NCBI GenBank assembly: GCA_021613535.1
Contig: CP075493.1
Location: 8,060,001 to 8,124,000 of the forward strand
Direction: 5' to 3'
From: Adineta vaga
Taxonomy: Eukaryota > Animalia > Rotifera
Length of the DNA: 64,000 bases
The position numbers and the translations under genes are program-made. The notes beneath the pieces are model-generated. The model saw only the letters and a program-made list of their open reading frames with translations. It had not been told where the DNA came from and made no database searches. Shown here piece after piece: positions 13,068 to 28,139 of the stretch (positions within the stretch are counted from its first letter, which is position 1; each line of letters starts with the position of its first letter).

Positions 13068-13966
13068 TTTCTTCTTGTCAATTCCGGCACGTACATGTAC
13101 GATTGAGTAACAGTAACAGTGTATTTGTTTGTTTTCGATACTGACGATTGAGAAAAGTATAGAAGAAGAAGAAGAAGAGAAAAAGCGTCAAGCCAATTCA
13201 TTCATTTTTGTTGCTATTTTGTTTGCTTGGTGGAGTTTTTTTTCAAAGTAAAAGAAGAGAAAAAAATGAATATATAATCACGACTTCAGCCGTTTTCTTT
13301 CTTATTGTCGCAAGCGATGAGGCTCAATTTTTTTAGTGTAAGAATAGAAGAAATTTTTCTTCTTTTTCTCTGTTTTTCTTCTGCAACCATTCACCGTTTT
13401 CTGTTCTCCGGAAGATATTTTCGATTACTCATGCAAGTTTTCAGAACACTTTTTATTAACAACAAAAGTATGTCATGCAACAATGAAATCATAGATTGAA
13501 ACACTTTTTCATTTCTAATCATGAAATGTACTTGGATTCTGTTTATTTCTACGGAATCGATTAGATATAGTTTACAATAGTACATAAGCAGTTCTTCAGG
13601 ATATGATGTTCTTACTCATATAGTTTTTAAATTATACGAATATTTTTGTCATGATTAATTAAACACGAACTTTAATCAATTTGATAGTTCAATTCTCATG
13701 AAAATGACGTATACTGTGAACTATTGAAATGTACTCAGAAATGAACTTATTTAATCAAAGAATTAGTTTTGATTGACGAGTCTAGAATGAGAAAACTATA
13801 TCAAGTGTCACTTGTATTCACAACCAAGTTTCATGGCATATATTTTCATAAAAAATACAGCATTTTTTCAAAAAATCATTATCAATTCACCAATAATAAT
13901 AATCAAAATAATAATTTATCCATTCGGAATGTGCACATTGCATAGTTATATGTAAGATAAAAATGA

Positions 13967-14682
13967 TTATTTATTTGATTCATTTAAATGAATATATGAT
14001 GGTGGCGATACTTGATCATTTGTACTTCTTGTCGTTGTTGTATGTGGTAATATTGACAATTGAATCTGATCATTTGATGTGATATGATTTAGATCTTTTT
14101 TAGTATCTGCTATTGAATCATAGGATGGAGGGGATTCTTCGAACAAAAATGGCCTATGATTAGTATTATAAATAATTGTTGAAATAGGAGCACCGGATTG
14201 ATCAACAGGTACTAAACAAGAATGAAAAGAAACAAAAGTTGATGATAATGACATGATAAATTTGAGAGTTAGTTTTACATACCAATAGGAGAATTTGTTG
14301 GTACTCGTTCGGAACGTTTTCTATTGTAACGATAGATACAGTATGCAATAGTACAAAGAATAATTGTGAAAATTACTGGAACAAATACAACTAAAAGACT
14401 AAAAAAACGAAAGATTGTTATTGTTATATGATATTGACTAATAAATAGTCACAAGGACAATTTTTTTCATCAAATATTTATCGTATATGTTGTCAAAATG
14501 AAAATGATAAAACAGATGTCCTTTAACAGAGAATTATCATTGAAATCTTACATGAGTATATGTGTCGTATTATCAAATGGTGACGAACGAAAAATATGAC
14601 GATTTTTATTTGAAAGTGTTGATGTTATTGTTGTTGAAACACGATTGCTACCAATCGAACCAGATGGATATTGATGAAACAT
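13967..14682 (-). CDS. Small single-pass membrane protein with two PPSY motifs (3 exons)
   Basis: Spliced product MFHQYPSG...HILILLVVFVPVIFTIILCTIAYCIYRYNRKR...ESPPSYDS...SPPSYIH. TM segment followed by a basic stop-transfer cluster. Confidence 0.65.
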
Positions 14683-15968
14683 GTTTGTATTACAAAATAA
14701 ATCTTTTTTATCGAAATTCTCAGTATGTCGTATTTGTTTAATATACGTACTGTTTTTAGTGTTATACGACTGAATGAATGAATAGATGGCAGGAAAAAAT
14801 CGTGCTTTACTTCCCCCACTTATTTTCTTTATATGATTCGATTTCTTCCTCTCTCTCTCCCCTTTTCTTGTTCGTTTTTTCTCTTTTCGTTTTGTATGAT
14901 ACGCAAAACACCTGCATTAATCTACATGTATAAGCTCTGTTTTGATAGGATGATGATGATATCGATTCCTACGCTTCTTTTCTGCAAAGAGGTATAGAAA
15001 AGAAATGGTTGTTAGTTTTCTATACACATAAAAAGACGAACGAAAGAAAGAAAGAAAGAAAAGAAACTACTTTAAAGATCGAATTATATATGTTGACACT
15101 CTATCGCTATTTTTCACATCGATATTCATTCATAATTGCTATGAAAAGATTTCTCCAAATAAAACTAATCAACTTTGTAAAACATTCATTTTTGAGATGG
15201 TTGAAATATCTCTCTGATGAAACTTTATATGATAATCAATTAAAGTTAGTTCAAATTAGTGTTCTAGTTTCATAAATCATTGATTTGCTCTTATTCAATG
15301 CAAAAGCAAGACTTAGATATATTTATAGTACTGACGTAAATCAAAGAAAAACAAGGTCGACAAATACATGTCAATAGAAAAAATAATTCTTAATCATAAC
15401 CATTCGCTTCTGTTTTTTCGTTTATTGAATCTGAAGATGTGAAATTTTACAATCAATATCGGTACAAAAAAACATACAGATCTTTGTGGGTGAATAAAAT
15501 AAATAATATTAAATGTAATTGTGATGTGCTTTTATTGAATAAAAATCAATAGCATTTTCATAAAAACAAGTTTGATTATTTTCAGTCGCGCGAATAAAGA
15601 TAAAATCGTCTATATACTTTGTATTTTAAAGTGTCATATCTGACGTAGATCGGATAAAATCAAAGTGTTGTAAAAGTTGTATACATGATAACGATTCGAA
15701 TATAAGTATTATCTTCACATTTTAAAAGAAGGACATAGATATCGAAGGTCTTTTCATATAATACTTTAGAAATTTTATTCAATAACAGATTATTATATAA
15801 TCATGAGAGCAAACATATGTGATGATGCGTTTTTGTTATTTATCGGAAAGTAGATTAAATTATGGCAATGATCATCATCGTTAACCTCAATACAAAGAAA
15901 CCGATCGATGTAAAATCTGTTTTACTATACGAAAAGGATCTGTCATTGATTTGTTGTTGTTTGAGGTG

Positions 15969-16622
15969 TTAAAAATATTTCTGCATATGTTGGTGGCATT
16001 GATGAAGTATGAATGGACGTGTTGTATGAATCGGTAAAAATAAAGGTAATTGTTCTCGTCTTGTTTGATATATCGAACTGGTATAAGATGGTGGAAATAG
16101 TTCCGAAATTGGAGAATGTTCACATAATCGACGTTCTTGTAGATTGCGATAAGTAGTAGAAAAATCAATGGTATAATTTTCTTGAGTTGCTCGACTACGA
16201 GAATAATGCTGACTATCCATTGAATCTAAAGTAACAATTTCGATATTTTATGACTTGAAAAAACCAAAGTAGGACAAATGAGCTTTTAAGTCTGTACAAA
16301 TATCATCAAGGACATTTTAATAAAGATTTAAGTTTAAAGAACAATTACTTTCTTTTTTCTATTAGGTTCAAGTGAAAACGAAACAGTTCATTTTTGACCT
16401 TTTCTTAATCAGTTCTCCTGAACATATTCATTCGAATTTCCTACTTCTTGGTTGTAGAAATTTTTGATGTCGATTTCGATGAGAACGATATATCAATATA
16501 CAAACAGCAATCGCTACCACTGCGGTAATAATCAAACAAACGACACTTAATTAAAATGTGAAAAAAATAATATCGACTAAAATATTCATGTATACATACA
16601 TAATTATTGATACAGTATCCAT
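15969..16622 (-). CDS. Small single-pass (signal-anchor) membrane protein with a PPSY motif (3 exons)
   Basis: Spliced product MDTVSIIIVVCLIITAVVAIAVCILIYRSHRNRHQK...LFPPSYTS...; in-frame GT-AG junctions. Confidence 0.6.
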
Positions 16623-17362
16623 TCTGCCATTTGCAATACAAAGAGATCTTTAAATTGTCATAAAAAACGAAACAAGAAGATATATACAAGAGAAACAAAA
16701 GTACCATAAAAACGATTTTTGAGAGAAAGAAAAAATGTGCGATGTCATGTGGGCTGAGAATGAGATGATAAAAGTTGTAACTGAAATGAAGTAACAAAAG
16801 GAATAAGTAAGCATCAGATCGAATGTTTAAAAATAGATTTGTATTTTTTTTCACTTTTACATACATTCGCTTTTTTTTCTTCTTTTATCAGATCGAGAGA
16901 GAAGAAAAAAGAAAAGTTTCATTCAATCATAAATCGAAAAATGCGTTCAATGAAATTCGATTACAAGCAAAGGTCAAAGATTTTTATTAAGTAAATGTGA
17001 ATAGTAAACTCTTAGTATTTTGTTTTGAAATTATGAACTCTCAACAGCCATTCTTTTTCTAATGACGTATAGTTAAACTTTGTAAAAGGTTTTTCTTTTT
17101 TTACAACTTTGATTTTTTAGGATTCGAATTGTCCATATTATCAGAAAGAAGAAACTTTAAAATTCTTTGAATGAAATTGTTTTCAAGAGCGATATCAGAT
17201 ACCAATCTATTGAATTTGATTCATTTTTGATTGATGCAAGAAAGCAAAAGATCAGACATATACAGAGAAAAACAAAACGCATAAGAAATAAACAGAATAG
17301 TGATTAGTGATAAACAAAAGAGATGAGTTCTCGGATCATAATCATTAAACATATTGTTATAA

Positions 17363-20300
17363 CTAATGATGAGGATGATGTATTGATATAACAACGATTA
17401 ATAGGGCTAAAAGGTAATAAGCGACGTGTGTAATTCCTTTGACTGTAACGGCCGAAGCGCCATCGCTGAAAAATATTTATTATATGGTTATTGAGATGAA
17501 CTTTAAGAGACAAAAAAACACTACCTTATGTCCTGGCTGTTGCATAGACTGATTTGACAATACTTCACGCATATCGTTTTGCCTTCTGCTTTGCTCGACA
17601 AACATTGTGCTTGATGAGTGGTATTGCCCGTTGCTGATGTTGGAGGTGACGAACAACCTCGACTGAACTGTAGTAGTTTTCCTATAAATATATTTTCATT
17701 TAGTATGCATAATCTTGACAGAACTTATCTTCTTCTCTTATCTTACCTGCGCTGTTTGTTGTCCTTTTGCTGTAGCAAATTTGTTGTTTCGTTTCGCACA
17801 TAATTGATGTCGTCTGATTCGGATTCGTTTGACAATCGCTGTTCTCCTTCTGACTGTCGCAAGAGTAGCATAGCATACCTATAGAAAGCTAATAGTAGAT
17901 GAAGCGTGATGTCGCCAAAAAAAGAAGGATCATGTATATTACCTTGTACAGGATCGAATTCTACTGCCTTTTCAGTTGCACATGTATCGAATTCTGATGT
18001 CGTGCGACTCAAAATTGAAATTGATTTACTTGATGACGAAGATTCTTTAGATTTCTTCTTTTTTGTTGATGTACCCGCATCGTGAGAAGTATCATCTTCA
18101 TCATCTCCATCATCATCGCCACCATCATCATCTCCTTTATCTGCAGATCGTGTCACGCCAGCTACTGGATTGTCATAGCCTTCAACAAGTTCTTCACAAT
18201 TGAGCTACAAAAAATAATTTATCCATAAAATAAAGAAGAAAAACAACCATAAACAAACTTTATCTAAGCCAATCCATTTACATGTTTTCTCATTGGGATC
18301 AAAATAAGCACCTAAAAATATGATTGACATTTTTTTCATCAGTTTCTGTTGAAGTATGATATTTACCTGTGTAGCATACTTCACGTTTTTGTTCACCCCA
18401 TTGACTGCCCACACCACGGCACAAGAAATAACTCTTGCAATCTGATGGATCAGGCCATTGACCATCTTTTAATTCTTCACATACATCTTCAGGTGCTAGT
18501 AAAGTAAGAAATAATTTTCTTTCATCATCGAAAAGATCATTTCTTACTTGGTGAATCTACATCACGTTTAGATTTTTTTGGTTTCTTCGTTGTTTTTTCC
18601 GTAGTTTGGGGTTGAGTGTCTGCTTTAAAATCTATACCAGAGACATATTCTCATTTCTTTAATTTCATCAAAAATCGTTGTATAATTACTTTTATATTCT
18701 TTTGTTGGACAGGCTGAACAAATCTTTTCCTTTGGCAATAACTTCACTTGTCCATGTAAAACAGCTTTAATCGTTCTTATCAATGGGAATTTGCCTTGAC
18801 AACAAAATTGACCACGAAAATCATCCATATCCAATGTCCAAATCATTGCACCACCCAAATTATTTTGTTTAATATAATTTGCCTTTGAAAAGATATCATC
18901 TCTATCTTTTATCGAGATCTATCAGCAATTCTCTTACTTTATATTTCATACTACGAACATTTTCGACACCAGCTTTCGGTTGATTATATGGTCCAGCTAT
19001 ATATGGAACAAGTTGTTTAGCATCCCATGATTCTTTCATTTTTTCACAAACAATTTGAATGCAACTCTAAAACAAATCATAGAAGTCAAAGCTATAACAA
19101 TCGAAATTCGATTTCTATACTTCATAATAAGCAACGAAACCACTTTCACCTTTAAATCCTGTATAAGGCATTGCTGGTGTATCACCTCGTCCGTATGTTC
19201 CTATACCTAACATCATTTTACTAGGTGGCATGCCTAACTTTTGGAAATATTTCACAGCAAAATCCTATGATAAATGCAACATCAGTGAGATAAAGTGGTG
19301 AAATTCATATCCAGAACACATACAATATACATAGTATCATCTTTTTCGTTATCTTTACTATTCAACGATGAATGATGTGCACGATTTTGATCCCATGATC
19401 CATGAAAATCATATGTCATTAAATTGAACCTTTGATTTACAAAAATACAAAATATGAGAAAGATTTATTTGTAATTCTACATACCAATCCATTACTCTGA
19501 AGAAGAGAAGAGGAAAATGTTCGATTAAGTAAGAAAAAAAATCAGAATAGAACTTACGGAACAAGTTTATCGACTTCATATGCTTTATCGATATTTATTT
19601 TTGCAGCTGCTACAGCAGCCGTAAGAAGAAGACGTTCATTACCAGTAGTTTCTGCTTCTTTTTCGAATGTTGCAAATAATATCTAATTGAAAAATTAATT
19701 CAATTCAGAAAAAAAATTAAATGTCTCATACGAACTTCGCACATTTTGGTGAACTTTTGTTTATCTTCTTTGGGACTATCTCTCCAATCCACACCTAGGA
19801 TTTAGATGATTCAATAATATATTTCGTAAGAAACGATTCTTTACCTGGATATTCGAAATCTAGATGAAAAATGAATATAAATTGTGTTGCAAAGAATGTT
19901 ATAGATTGACTTACCAAGATCAAGACCATCAAATTTATGTTTACGTAAATATTTGACTGCTGATTCAGCAAATTTTTTCATTGTTTTTTCAGATTTAACA
20001 ATACCTATGAATGAAAAATGTTCGTTTTCACTAGTCAAAATCAATCTTAGATCAAGAGTAGAGTTAGAAAGGAGATAGTAAATCTTGTCAAATTTCAATC
20101 ACAATTCAATTACTAAAACGAAAAGAACAAACCGAATTACTTTACCTGCAAAATCTTTCATTCCCATATCCTACATAAAATTCACATACAAATACTATTA
20201 GTAATTTCTAATAAAAATAACATACCCAACCACCAACAGCCAGTAATGTTCTTAAATTCTTATTGACACTTTTCCAAGCATTAAATCGTTCGAAAAATCC

Positions 20301-20721
20301 TTATTCAAAAACAAGAACAAAGTATATTTCATTAATTAGAACTCATGAATACATACCCGGTTGATTTCCATCTTTTAAATCGTGTTTTTCCATTGGAGTC
20401 AACTGATTATTATCCATTTCTGAAAAAGCATAGATAACATGTGTACAGAGACATGGATCGATATCTTCTGGAACCATTGAACCTCCACCAGGACGTTTCA
20501 TCGCTATGATATCGAACAGATATATATTCAAATACAAAAAAGACATAAACTATTCTACCCCAATTGGCAAAATAACACACAATTTTGAATTTTTGTTCAG
20601 CTGCAAGGAGAAAAGATACTAAAGAGAAGAAAAATTGATTAATTTTAATTAATTTAAAAACAAAACAAGATCTTTTACTTTGAACAAAGAAGAGAATGAA
20701 GAAAGATGATGAAAAATGCAT
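17363..20721 (-). CDS. GH18 chitinase with CBM14, acidic linker, Ly6/uPAR (three-finger) domain and predicted GPI signal; many short exons
   Basis: Signal peptide; KIVCYFANW; CTHVIYAF; LLAVGGW; catalytic FDGLDLDFEYPG; MTYDFHGSW; LGGAMIWTLDMDDF; 6-Cys CBM14 (about 18196-18490); 10-Cys LU domain (17878-17525); hydrophobic C-terminus. Confidence 0.9.
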
Positions 20722-21692
20722 GGTAATTTTTCGTCTTTCTATTCTGGAAGTGTGTGAGATTTCACAAAGTGGCTTCTTCTTCGATTAGAACAATGATGAA
20801 ACATGAACGATCAACGATTGCAAACACATCCGGATCGATGACGAAATAACGTGACGTAAACCGTAGGAAAGAGAATGATAAAGAAGTAAGATTTATTTTC
20901 GTCTCCTCTTACTCGAGTAAGTATGGGTATCGATCGAGTCGTCTTGTTGTCTCTTGGCTTTATATGATTATGTTTGTTTTATAATTTGTTGACTCAAACT
21001 CTTCTTTGTTCTCTAGTTATTTCGACTTTCTTTTACTTTTGTTGCTGTTATTGTTGTAGTTCACGAGATTAAGGCTGTACATTTCTCCGACTTTTCTACA
21101 AACGATTGAGTAATGAATAAATAAGATATGTACATAAGCTATGCAAATGACTTTGTACCCAATTCTTGATAAGTAAACAATACGAGATTGATGAAAGAAA
21201 GTGTGAACAGATACATGTATTAATTGGCTGTAATGAGCTTTAAGATGAAAATAAAGTTCAATGTAAAATTTATTTAAATAGAGAAATATTCATTCGTCGT
21301 ATTGTTTATGAGAGTACAATGAATTCGAATGAAGCAATGATGAAAAATTTGTCAGTTTATAGTCACAAAAAGATAAATTTATTAATTTGAACATTTATTA
21401 GTACTTTGTTAATAGTCTGTAAATTCTTGTCTCTTAGTTGTTGTTGTATATTGATGAACTTTTTACGTAACAAATCGAAAATATTGAATAGCTTTTCAAC
21501 GAATACACGAAAAGGTCGAAACAACTTTTTATTCACATCATCGATACTGTTTTTCATAAGTATCAATAAAATGAGAGTTAAAGAACGGAGAACAATAAAC
21601 TGTATTTTATCCTTGTTAACTTATTCTGAAGTAAAAAACAACAACAAAAACAAAAAAAACACTTCGAGTTCTCAACGATACAATCAACGGTA

Positions 21693-23297
<1,605 letters not shown>

Positions 23298-24182
23298 GAT
23301 TGAATAAATACAACACTTAATAATATTAATAAGAGAAATTAGTAGATGAAGAAAAAAGCTTTTCACTTTCCTAGTATCCAATTGAAAGTATTTCATGTAC
23401 GATTTCCAACGTCTCTAATAAAACAAAAATTGTCAAATATAGATGTCGCTATTTTCTTAAGAATATCAGAAATATTTTTACCAAAAATTTGTCGTGTGAT
23501 AAAATTTTCCATTCGATTCAGACGGTGTTTTGTTCAGTGAATTATATTCAACATTTATTTGATTAAGTCTTGTCACACAACTATCCGGATGACTCTACAG
23601 CGATGATCAGTAAATTTCTTGCTGTTTTTGTATCATTTTAAAATAAACTATTTACATTAAAGATCTCTCAGTATGATTCGATAGATACTTATCGTATGAA
23701 AGTGGAACTTCGATTAAATAAACTTTCATAGACATAACTATCTGTCACTGTCAGTAATATGAGAAAAAAAATACGCATTTCATATGTCCATCAATCGTTG
23801 ACTTTTATGACATATTACAATTAGCATCATATTTCATTCATTATGAGAACAACAGTTTTTCAAATATAGTAACCAAAAAATATCATCAATAGATTGTATT
23901 ATTGATGATGGAATCAATCGAAAGTTTTTCAGTAGAACATATACACAATAGTCGTCAAGTTGTAGACATCTTCATTTATGATTATTATTATTATTATTGT
24001 TGATGAAAAATGTATTCAAAGTACTATTGAGATAAGTAAAATCGATTTTTAGTGTGTTGTCTTTAGTTCGAAAACATAGTACAATATCAATTTTGGAAAC
24101 GTGAACACAATCAATATGATATATAGGCATACAAACAAATCTTTATCTAAATCTAATGATTAATATGAGAATAAAATGAGTC

Positions 24183-24555
24183 TCATTTCTCTGATTTGGT
24201 TGGTTGTTTTGTTGTAGTTGTTTGTGTCGATGTTTCTTCAGTTGGTAAATGTGATATAATATCACCAAGATTGGTTTCGAGTGTATCTATCTTTTTACCT
24301 AATTCATTCATTCGATTCATCATTTGATCACTAGCTGCCATAAATTTTTCTTCCATCTGATGAAATATGGTATTTACCTAATAATTCATTCACTCATTTT
24401 TTAACATGAAATAATTTTTCAATAAAACTTACATATGTGGTTAAACCATTAACATTATCAAGATCCGAAGGTAATGATGTAGTTGAATGTGCGGAATTAT
24501 TAACATTACTTGTTGTGGTTGAAGACGATGACGAAAGTGTTCGTGTGTCAGTCAT
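24183..24555 (-). CDS. HSBP1: Heat shock factor-binding protein 1-like (exons 24555-24433, 24377-24183); not in the ORF track
   Basis: Spliced translation LTTYVNTIFHQMEEKFMAASDQMMNRMNELGKKIDTLETNLGDII matches the HSBP1 coiled coil. Confidence 0.85.
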
Positions 24556-27041
24556 TTTGTTTCAATGTAAAAATGTTTGAAAAAGAGAATTCAATGACTA
24601 CAGGATTGTAGTTGCTTGCAGAAAGAGAAATGATCGATCAAGATTAACTTTTTTTTCTTCTCTTCTTTCACTGTTATATGAGAGGTACTGTATTGTTCAA
24701 ATCGATGAAGAAATCAACAGACGGCGCTAGACAACGTCAACAATATTTTTAAGATAATATCACATGTCCAGTTAGATCTACTTGAAGAAATGTAAAACCT
24801 TATATTCTGCCTTTGTCTGATGACTAAACAAGAGCATATAAAGATAAAAGTTATATATCTATACAAATTCGTTGGTATATTTCTTAGATGTATTTGAAAG
24901 AAAACTGCGTTTTATAACTCTATATGATGGTTTTGATAAAAGAAATGCATGCACTTCAATAAAACAAGAGGTCGATCATAATATACTCGTTTATGAAACA
25001 ATTCAGAAGCAACGTGAAACATGAAATACATGTCTCCAATCGATTAAATTCATTGCAAGACGTTTTCTTTATCCTTCAAATATTTATTCTCTCAAGTAAA
25101 TTGATTTCATCATAAACATATATATATGGAAAAAATCAAGGCAAGTTATGCCCTATACTATTTTATTTTATACATATATATATATACGACTCATCGAAGG
25201 ACGTGTCGTCTATTCAGAATTCTCTTTCCAATTGAAAATCGGAAGTATTTTAATTTTTACAGTTATTTTATCCTTGTGAATCTTGATTGAAGTATGCATG
25301 TGCGGTCGAATAAGCAAACTTGACAAGCTAATATTTATGATTTGAGAGAAAACAAAATGTCTAAACTAAACTTCTTCTAAAGTATCTGTTCTTTTACTTA
25401 ACCTTTTTTCTCTTCAACTGTATGTATACAAATAATCATGGTAAGTTACTTAAGATGCCATTATCTTAGTTATTCTTGTTGGTTTGTAAGTGATCGTGGA
25501 ATTATGTTCATTGTATGGAATGACAAGATCAAGGTTACAATAAATCTTCTCGAAATGACAACCTTCAACTTCTAATCAGAAGTGTTGAGTCGAAAAGGGA
25601 ACATGTTACTTTTCAGCGCCATAGATGATCGAAGGTAAATTAGATGGTTTAATCTTTTTTAATGAAAAAAAACAAAACAAATCATGTACTATGACGAGTA
25701 AACGATCATCGTATGTGTTAGTTCTCATTCACATAGACACGATCGGTGTCTCTCCATTAGATTTCTTTCTTTTTTTTCTTTCTTTTTTGTCTGCCTGTCT
25801 TTAGTTCTATGCGCATCCATTCTTCATTTGCTTTTGCAGCTGGTTACCCTTTTTTTTCTCTACCTCCAACGTTTTGTGCCTGTAAATATATAGTTTGTTG
25901 TTTTTGATTTTTATGCTATCACTTTTATCAAAGATTCTCGTCTCTCTATTAAGTTTAGAGATCGCATCATTTGTCCTTCATTGATATGATAATAATAATT
26001 AACACATTTTTGTTTCTTGAGAATTTTTTTTTCTTTTTGCTTGATATCTTTGTTTTGTTTAGAGAGGAGAAGTATTTCATCAGTTGTCAGTGAGTTAGAC
26101 TTTTGTCGTAATCATAAATCATTAGATTGGTACATTATCTTCATACATTTTAGTCACACATTTTCTTCTCATAATAGTCTGCATCAAATTACCTTTTCAG
26201 CTTAGAACAGTTCTTTTTCTCTCATACATATACATAGATGTATATAAATAAATTAGATGAACTATTCATTGTGTTTATACATGTCGGCATTAGTGTCAAT
26301 GAATACGTAATCAACTTAGTTGAATGTGTATACATATATGCATGATAGTTAAAGTAGTAAGGATCAAAGCACGTCCATGAGAGACTGCATGTGTGCATAA
26401 TACAATTTATTAGTATTTTGAATACATTTATGTGTCTTCCTTTTGTATAGTACTTGACTGAACAAGAAGAAGGAGGAGTATAACAGATTGTTTCTACTGC
26501 TGATGCCTCACATTTTTTTTGTTCGTTGAATATACGTGTGTCTATGTGTATTTGTCGCATTCGTACGAAAAAAAAATCGTTCGTTGATTATATCTCAGAG
26601 GATGGATAAGAGTCGAGGAAAGGGAGAGAAAGAAAGAAGAGAAAAAAGAAAAAGGTTAACATGTAGCAGTCAGTAAAAGAAAAAATTTTCTATAAAGAAG
26701 AATGCAAACCGCATACGCAGAATGATGATATGTCAGAATCTCAAAGAGGTAGTCATAAGAGGAATATATTGATCCGGGATATTGAGTAGCAGCAGGAGTA
26801 ATCATCATTATATTCACGTATGCTATTACTAGTGTCAATTTTATTCCATCACTTTCTCTGTCTCTGTCTCGTCCTCTCGCGTTTTTGTTACTTCTCCTTC
26901 ATCTATTACTAATCGACCGTATCTATTTTTTTTTGTATTCCTCATACCTTTGATCTATTTAAATCATGCAGTCCTCTATTCTTCTAGATTATAGACTAAA
27001 AATTAAAAATAAGAAAGGAAAATACAAAACCAAGATCAAAG

Positions 27042-28139
27042 ATGAAGATTAGTATATTAGTTACACTTATTATTCTACCAATGCTGACGTCAATTGGTCT
27101 TTATATCTATGCGTTTATCAGCACACGTTGGAGCTATCTAGATGAGAAAATAATTGATCAACATAGTCAAACTAAAGACCAGCAACAACGTTTACAATTA
27201 CATAATACTTCGAATAAACTTCAATTGCAACTCAAATCAACTCGATACGCATTTCGTTCACATTATGGTTTATTTGGATATTGTTTAGATTATCGTTGGA
27301 TCAATTTATTGACACCAAAATCGTCACAAACAACATCAGAACAACAATTCAAAACAAATTCAACATTATCTTGTCGACGTTGTCATGATCCCAAAAATCA
27401 ATGTCCTGGCACAGATTGTTGTGTAAGATTTTTTTCCGAAATAGTAAATAGTTTGAAAATTAAAATATTTTTATTTATTTAGATGGTACGATGTAATAAT
27501 ATCCCGGATTGTCCATCATATCATGACGAGAAAGATTGTAATCGTCCGTATAATCAAACACGTTATTATTGGCCCAAAGAAAATTGTATGTGGCAATCAA
27601 CATGGGTTGGCAATCAAGAACTACCACGGTTTTTATCATCATATGAAACATCCCCACGAGATTTTCATTTCAATACAAAACGTATTCGATATTATATTAT
27701 GTTTCTTCTCTTTACTGCTGCACCATTATTAACATTTTTGGCTTTATTAATTGTATTTTGTATAAATTGTGTCGAACGTTTTTATTCAATCCCATTTGCA
27801 TTTGTTGGTTTCATGTCATTAGCATCATTTCTAAGTGGTGCTGGAGCTCTAGGTATCTTTTTATATGAATGGGTACATGAACGTTTCTATCGACCAGATT
27901 ACACATATGAATTAAAAGAAGATGAAGCCTTGATTCTTGCTCTTAATCCGTGGTTAATTAATGTTGAATTGTTTGGTTTACCTTTTTGGTTAATTGTTGC
28001 AGCTATTGGTACAGCTTTATTTACAACAATTCTTAGTTGTTGTTTCTGTTGTGGATTACAATCGGAAAAATCGAAATTACGTTTTCATGTAGACAATGAC
28101 GTTTATGAAATTGTTCACATGACACCGTATGATGAGTGA
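27042..28139 (+). CDS. Claudin/PMP22-superfamily tetraspan protein with an LDLa-like module in extracellular loop 1 (exons 27042-27422, 27483-28139; about 345 aa)
   Basis: TM1 followed by W...YGLFGYC (W-GLW-C signature); three further TM segments; FGLPFWL before TM4; Cys cluster after TM4; RCNNIPDCPSYHDEKDC resembles the LDLa C-terminal half. Confidence 0.75.

Noticed and set aside
13915-13962. miR-153-like seed TTGCATAG in a weak hairpin
   Set aside because: The loop is too small, the 3' part does not match miR-153, and it overlaps a 3' UTR on the opposite strand.
17743-17878. ORF-track reading YAMLLLRQSEGEQRL... as the chitinase C-terminus
   Set aside because: It reads through an intron. 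The spliced frame gives a coherent 10-Cys LU domain instead.
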